20,000 nucleotides of DNA, from IMG/VR virus record IMGVR_UViG_3300013005_004768. One strand, given 5' to 3'. The stretch is from an uncultured virus (IMG/VR IMGVR_UViG_3300013005_004768) (Duplodnaviria > Heunggongvirae > Uroviricota > Caudoviricetes). The notes under the pieces are model-generated. The model did no database searches and was not told the origin of the DNA. It saw only the letters and a list, made by a program, of their open reading frames with translations. Shown here piece after piece: positions 15,938 to 20,000 of the stretch; position 1 is the first letter of the stretch, and every line of letters starts with the position of its first letter. Both the position numbers and the translations under genes were made by a program.

Positions 15938-16037
15938 GTTTCTTCTTTCTAAAAATTCTTTCGTAGTTTTTGTCCCAAGTATCTTGAGAAACTAGACTGA
16001 CTCTTCTTTTAGACCCTTTACCATTTTGGCTCATCAT
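15906..16037 (-). CDS. Small basic phage protein (43 aa), not in the ORF track
   Basis: MMSQNGKGSKRRVSLVSQDTWDKNYERIFRKKKHGKRNQSKRK*; AGGAG RBS; the GKGS.RR...NYERIF pattern resembles a recurrent small phage protein (from memory). Confidence 0.65.
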   Translation of the reverse strand: MMSQNGKGSKRRVSLVSQDTWDKNYERIFRKKKHGKRNQSKRK

Positions 16038-16212
16038 TTTCTCCTACATACAAAAATTCGTTCTCTTTTACAATATATAGTGTTGATGAATCCCCATAAA
16101 TTTCATACAAATAAGAACCATCTCCTTGAGGCATGTCTTTATTCAGATAACCATACTCTATTATCTCATTATCTCTCATAATAGCAACTCTAGGAAATCT
16201 CATTGGACTCAT
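16018..16212 (-). CDS. Hypothetical protein
   Basis: 64-aa ORF with ATGA coupling to the glycosylase stop. Confidence 0.65.
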   Translation of the reverse strand: MSPMRFPRVAIMRDNEIIEYGYLNKDMPQGDGSYLYEIYGDSSTLYIVKENEFLYVGENDEPKW

Positions 16213-16907
16213 GATTCTAGTACATAACTCCAGTAGCGACTATCTTCTTTCTTTTGAAGATCATCCCAATAGATCGACCTTGCTACATAGGATGGGACTT
16301 TCAATTTACCACAGTTAACCATCCAATGCCGCTCCATCTTCTTATAGATTTGTGAACCAATCTTGCTCTTATTATACTTCAGAGCCTCAACATCGTAAAG
16401 CCTCAGTTGATGAATATCTCCGCAGAGTACCCTAGCCTCATTAGGATGAATCATCTCAAGAGCAAAGCTAATCTTAGCCAGACCAATTCCGCTAATCTTA
16501 TTGAGGATACTATCACGTTTCTTAACATGATACTTCTTTGTGGTCAGATAAAAATCTTTAGGATTAGCCCAAAACTTGGTGCTAAAATCCCAGATATAAG
16601 CGGTGCGATTATTGTGCAACCCAACACCACTCTTGTGGAGTTTTGTCAAAAGAATTTCTTTACTATCTACCCATTCGCTAAAATTCTTGATAGCATTGTA
16701 TCCCTTGACATTACCCTGCCAAGTGGTATGCACTGAACAATAGGCAAAGAGATAGCGACGGAAAATATCTTCGTCAGTCTTGGGGCGAACACTCTCCCAA
16801 TAGTCTTTATAGGCAACTACCTTATCCTTCGGAAAATTCTTGAAAAACTCATCGGCCTTGCTGGTACTCATAACAATCGGCTTTTTCTCAACAACAATCT
16901 CTGTCAT
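16209..16907 (-). CDS. HhH-GPD superfamily DNA glycosylase-like protein (OGG/N-glycosylase-lyase-like)
   Basis: RDSILNKISGIGLAKISFAL (HhH) followed by VLCGDIHQLR (catalytic Asp-x-His) and a C-terminal IYW. The GAGGA RBS supports ATG 16907. Confidence 0.7.
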   Translation of the reverse strand: MTEIVVEKKPIVMSTSKADEFFKNFPKDKVVAYKDYWESVRPKTDEDIFRRYLFAYCSVHTTWQGNVKGYNAIKNFSEWVDSKEILLTKLHKSGVGLHNNRTAYIWDFSTKFWANPKDFYLTTKKYHVKKRDSILNKISGIGLAKISFALEMIHPNEARVLCGDIHQLRLYDVEALKYNKSKIGSQIYKKMERHWMVNCGKLKVPSYVARSIYWDDLQKKEDSRYWSYVLES

Positions 16908-16944
16908 AATGTCCTCAAAGGTTGGTTCCAAAGTGTATGCTCAC

Positions 16945-16973
16945 ATTCTACACTAGTCCTATCGTCTTGTCAA
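16945..16973 (-). promoter_or_regulatory. Sigma70-like promoter for the glycosylase operon
   Basis: TTGACA-17 nt (contains GACGAT)-TAGAAT. Confidence 0.75.
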
Positions 16974-16988
16974 GCCCCGTTTCTTGAA

Positions 16989-17399
16989 TCAATCCAATTT
17001 CGTAACGCCAGACTTATCTAAAATCTCATCTAATTTATAGTAGTATTCCCATGTTTTCCATTTCACTCTAACACTGCCAATATCTTTAATTTCTTTTCCG
17101 TTTTTGTCTTTGATCTTATAAACAGCCCAATAATGCTCTTCTCCTTTTACAAACTCATGAATAATTTCAAAATCTTTTGGACAGTCTAGGCTTGCCCATA
17201 ATCTTAATCGTCCATTAGATTTAACCCATTCTTCTATCCTTTCATCATACTTTATTGGAAAAAATATATTTCGTACTGATCTTTCTACAAGAACATATTT
17301 GTAGCCAAACCATTCTGAATTACAAATAAAACCTATAGAAAATCCTACGAATAGAATAAACCACGGATATATCAGAGAGCGAAGAACAACTTTGATCAT
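16989..17399 (-). CDS. Hypothetical protein with an N-terminal membrane anchor
   Basis: LIYPWFILFVGFSIGFIC hydrophobic segment; GGAG RBS. Confidence 0.75.
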   Translation of the reverse strand: MIKVVLRSLIYPWFILFVGFSIGFICNSEWFGYKYVLVERSVRNIFFPIKYDERIEEWVKSNGRLRLWASLDCPKDFEIIHEFVKGEEHYWAVYKIKDKNGKEIKDIGSVRVKWKTWEYYYKLDEILDKSGVTKLD

Positions 17400-17405
17400 T
17401 TAATA

Positions 17406-17447
17406 TCTCCAGTAAGGCGAGATAATTAAATACACCATTACTGGAAA
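17406..17447 (-). promoter_or_regulatory. RBS-occluding hairpin containing the GGTGTA motif
   Basis: Minus strand TTTCCAGTAA-T-GGTG-TATTTAATTATCT-CGCC-TTACTGGAGA; the 3' arm includes the GGAG RBS. Confidence 0.65.
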
Positions 17448-17451
17448 TTGG

Positions 17452-18432
17452 TCAATCGGTTTTATCCTTTACTTCCTTCACATATTTCATCAATGGATTT
17501 TCTTGTTTAGGTATAATGGTTTTATGATTAGTAGTCCATGCTGGCAGTTTACCAGATAGCTTAGTTTTCTTTTTAGCTTTTTGTTTTTGGTATTGTTCTT
17601 CTAGTCTTATTCTTTTTTGTTGAAAAGTTTCTTTCGGTTTATTTTTTTGGAAATGTGGCCTTATGCAACTTTTAAGTTTTTCACTAGCATTAGGATGATT
17701 CAATAGAAGATTTATAAAATATGGAAAAGCTTGACGTAGTTGTTTTTTAATTTCATCTTCACTAAGATTATTATAGTATTTTACTTTAGAATTAATCCAT
17801 GATTGATCTTTGTTTTTAAAATAATTGCTAATATCTTTATTGTCAACAGCTTTAGGCTTTTTTTTCTTTTTATGTTGCTTTATATAGTTATCAATTTCAT
17901 TTTTTATAACATCTAAAGACGATTCTTCTTTTTTCGATGTTGTATTTATTACTTCTGGTTTATTAGCATTAGTAGAGATAGGTTTCTTTTTGTTTTTATT
18001 CTTATGTTTCTTTCTCTTGATATGGTTATGCTCAAATAGTCTTTCTGAATTATATTGAATATCACTATTAAATGCTTGAGCCCAAATTTGCCATTCATCT
18101 AAAGTATTTTTGCTATTTTGACAAAATAATTTATTTAACAAGCTTTTCTTTTTACCAATATGCTTGTCTTGCTCAACAAAATTATGGCATGGTTCACACA
18201 ATGTAATTAATTCATGCTGATCTCCCTGACCCAGCATGATAATTTTTGTGTAATCAATATGATGAACTGTTTTAGAAGGAGTGCCACATACTTGACAACA
18301 TTTACCATCTCTTTCTAAGACTAATTGCCTAATATTCCACCATAGTCTAGATTTTATATAGGCATCATAACTTCTAAAACCTAGCTCTTTCCATGCTGGT
18401 GGCATAATTCTATATGTCTCTTTCTTCTCCAT
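17452..18432 (-). CDS. HNH endonuclease with a long Lys-rich C-terminal extension
   Basis: YIKSRLWWNIRQLVLERDGKCCQVCG...VHHIDY...LITLCEPCH. Confidence 0.85.
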   Translation of the reverse strand: MEKKETYRIMPPAWKELGFRSYDAYIKSRLWWNIRQLVLERDGKCCQVCGTPSKTVHHIDYTKIIMLGQGDQHELITLCEPCHNFVEQDKHIGKKKSLLNKLFCQNSKNTLDEWQIWAQAFNSDIQYNSERLFEHNHIKRKKHKNKNKKKPISTNANKPEVINTTSKKEESSLDVIKNEIDNYIKQHKKKKKPKAVDNKDISNYFKNKDQSWINSKVKYYNNLSEDEIKKQLRQAFPYFINLLLNHPNASEKLKSCIRPHFQKNKPKETFQQKRIRLEEQYQKQKAKKKTKLSGKLPAWTTNHKTIIPKQENPLMKYVKEVKDKTD

Positions 18433-19030
18433 GAAGAATCTTATTACTTTTCTTGATGTTGTCTATTGCCCACAATGGTTGTAAATTTGTATAGTGAAAA
18501 CATTTTTTTTGTTCTGACTCTTTGGACATATCAAATGATGAACATGGTAATATATGATCTATATGCCATTTTCCATAATTGTCCCAACTCATTCCAATTG
18601 TGAATTTAGTTTCTAGATGAATTTTTAACTCACTTATTGTGCATCCTAAATAATCTAAGGTCGTTGTCGTTTTTTTATTATTCTTGATGGCTGTTCTTAA
18701 TCTAGTCCTTAAATTATAGGCTATTTTAAAAGACACGTCCTGTTTTCTTCTTGCTTTCTCTCTTTTTGCTCTTTGTTGATATATCTTTTTTTTATGCTTG
18801 TCAAAATATTCTTGTACCTTGTCCTTATTTTCTTCTCTATATTTTTTAGCATATTCTAGCTTAGAGTCTTTATTTTGAATGTAATTATTAGTAACCCTAT
18901 CTAATACATTGGCTTTATTCTTTTTGTACCATTCTTGCTGACATTTTTTATTGCAATTTTTGCACCATGTTCCTTTTTTCCATTCATTATGTTCTACTTT
19001 ACAAGAAGAGCAGATTTTATTCTTTTTCAT
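18410..19030 (-). CDS. HNH-like (His-Me finger) endonuclease with an N-terminal Zn finger
   Basis: CSSC...CKNC; LGCTISELKIHLETKF..GMSWDNYGKWHIDHILP...HYTNLQPLWAIDNIKKSNK. Confidence 0.85.
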   Translation of the reverse strand: MKKNKICSSCKVEHNEWKKGTWCKNCNKKCQQEWYKKNKANVLDRVTNNYIQNKDSKLEYAKKYREENKDKVQEYFDKHKKKIYQQRAKREKARRKQDVSFKIAYNLRTRLRTAIKNNKKTTTTLDYLGCTISELKIHLETKFTIGMSWDNYGKWHIDHILPCSSFDMSKESEQKKCFHYTNLQPLWAIDNIKKSNKILHGEERDI

Positions 19031-19063
19031 TTGGTTTTCTCCTACTCATAGTTACACCAAATG
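19028..19063 (-). promoter_or_regulatory. Start-codon-occluding hairpin overlapping the GGTGTA motif
   Basis: Minus strand CATTTGGT-GTAACTATGAGTAGGAGAAA-ACCAAATG; the 3' arm ends in the ATG of 18410..19030. Confidence 0.6.
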
Positions 19064-19094
19064 TCCCAAATTGTTCCCAGTTTTTTGAAGAAGA

Positions 19095-20000
19095 TTAGGT
19101 ATCTCTAGAATCTCCATATAGGTATTTAAATGTAGGAAACCTCAAAGAGATACCGCCTTTTTCGTTCTCTGTCTCCTCAAAATATTGTACCAAAATAATC
19201 TTGCCAAGAATCTTCTTAGGGTTCTTATAAAACTCTTGTCTTTGTTCGATACTAAAACCAGACCCAACTCGTACAGTATGTCCCTTATGCTGAATCATAA
19301 CACAACTCAACATAGTTTCCTCACATTCTGCACCATCCTTAACATAACGGAATGGCCCCATTTCAGTATCTAGAACCTCATATTCATCATCAAAGAATGA
19401 CTTATATTTGAGTAGGTCTTTGGATCGCTTTCCTTTATATGGAGCATCTGATCGAAGCATAAGCCCCTCCCAGCCATTCTCAGTAGATTCTTTGACAAAT
19501 TCTTGGAAATGGTTTTCATCCTTAATCAAGGATTGCTCCAGAAGTGTCAAGCATGGACATTCGTTCTTCTTCATAATCTCTGTAAGATTCTTGAGCCTGA
19601 TACTAAATGGTCGATTTTTCTCTCCCTTCTGGCTATAAAACTCATCATGAGTAATCATATCAAAAATTTTATAGGAAGGATTGGGAATAGTATGATCCTT
19701 CTTGCGAAGTTCCTTCATTACTCCTTGAAAATCCTCGTTACCCTCTTCATCAACCAGACAAAGCTCTCCATCAAGAACTACATTAGTAAGTCCCAAAGCT
19801 TTAATCCCACCGCTAACAATATCAAGAGTATCAAAGATTTTTCCCGTGCGGGAATAAAAGGTAGTATTGCCATTACTATCAACAATAGCAATACATCTAG
19901 CACCGTCGATCTTCCTGCTAACATACCATCCATCCTTCCAGTCTACGATTTTAGGAACATACTTGTCCGCTAGAGCAACACTAAATGTTGGGATATGATC
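19095..20000 (-). CDS. ATP-dependent DNA ligase (5' part outside the window)
   Basis: The frame is open from 20000: DHIPTFSVALADKY...SRKIDGARC (motif I KxDG)...YSRTGK...LDGEL...FDM...WEGLMLR...LLKYK...VGSGF...LRFPTF. Confidence 0.93.
   Translation of the reverse strand, partial: DHIPTFSVALADKYVPKIVDWKDGWYVSRKIDGARCIAIVDSNGNTTFYSRTGKIFDTLDIVSGGIKALGLTNVVLDGELCLVDEEGNEDFQGVMKELRKKDHTIPNPSYKIFDMITHDEFYSQKGEKNRPFSIRLKNLTEIMKKNECPCLTLLEQSLIKDENHFQEFVKESTENGWEGLMLRSDAPYKGKRSKDLLKYKSFFDDEYEVLDTEMGPFRYVKDGAECEETMLSCVMIQHKGHTVRVGSGFSIEQRQEFYKNPKKILGKIILVQYFEETENEKGGISLRFPTFKYLYGDSRDT

Noticed and set aside
19056..19080. Short direct repeats CCAAAT/TCCCA downstream of the ligase
   Set aside because: Too short and too few to distinguish from chance.
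19095..19796. Ligase start at 19796 as given in the ORF track
   Set aside because: The frame is open to the window edge and the catalytic KIDG motif lies upstream of 19796.
3953..19973. Other + strand ORFs in the track (e.g. 7457..7840, 8077..8427, 9544..10131, 16407..16736, 19503..19973)
   Set aside because: All lie antisense to well-supported minus-strand genes and have no recognisable motifs.
1..20000. Alternative genetic code (stop-codon reassignment seen in some large phages)
   Set aside because: Conserved genes are intact in code 11 and end at TAG (ruvB, rIIA), TGA (primase) and TAA at expected positions.

Overview
AT-rich, gene-dense segment of a large dsDNA bacteriophage; essentially all genes are on the minus strand and all three stop codons are used (code 11). 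In transcription order (right to left): ATP-dependent DNA ligase (5'-truncated), two HNH-type endonucleases, an HhH/OGG-like DNA glycosylase, many small hypothetical ORFs, a PspC-domain protein, a metallophosphoesterase, a small helix-turn-helix-like protein, a tRNA-Leu(UAA) split by a 202-nt group I intron, a minimal kinase-fold protein, rIIA and rIIB, a third HNH endonuclease, a tRNA-like RNA element, a RepB-type primase, a Zn-ribbon protein ending in a RuvA domain III-like module directly upstream of RuvB, a terminator, then a tight cluster of a membrane-anchored protein, an actin-fold ATPase and a Thr/Pro-repeat, Cys-rich protein (3'-truncated, missing from the ORF track). Two promoter classes are visible: sigma70-like TTGACA/TAnnnT promoters with CGAT in the spacer, and a GGTGTA motif that in three cases lies inside a hairpin occluding the ribosome-binding site or start codon. 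The strongest candidates for undescribed biology are the non-canonical RuvB adaptor pair, the tRNA-like element between the HNH and primase genes, and the actin/membrane-anchor/mucin-like cluster. All family calls come from motif recognition by eye; no searches were run.
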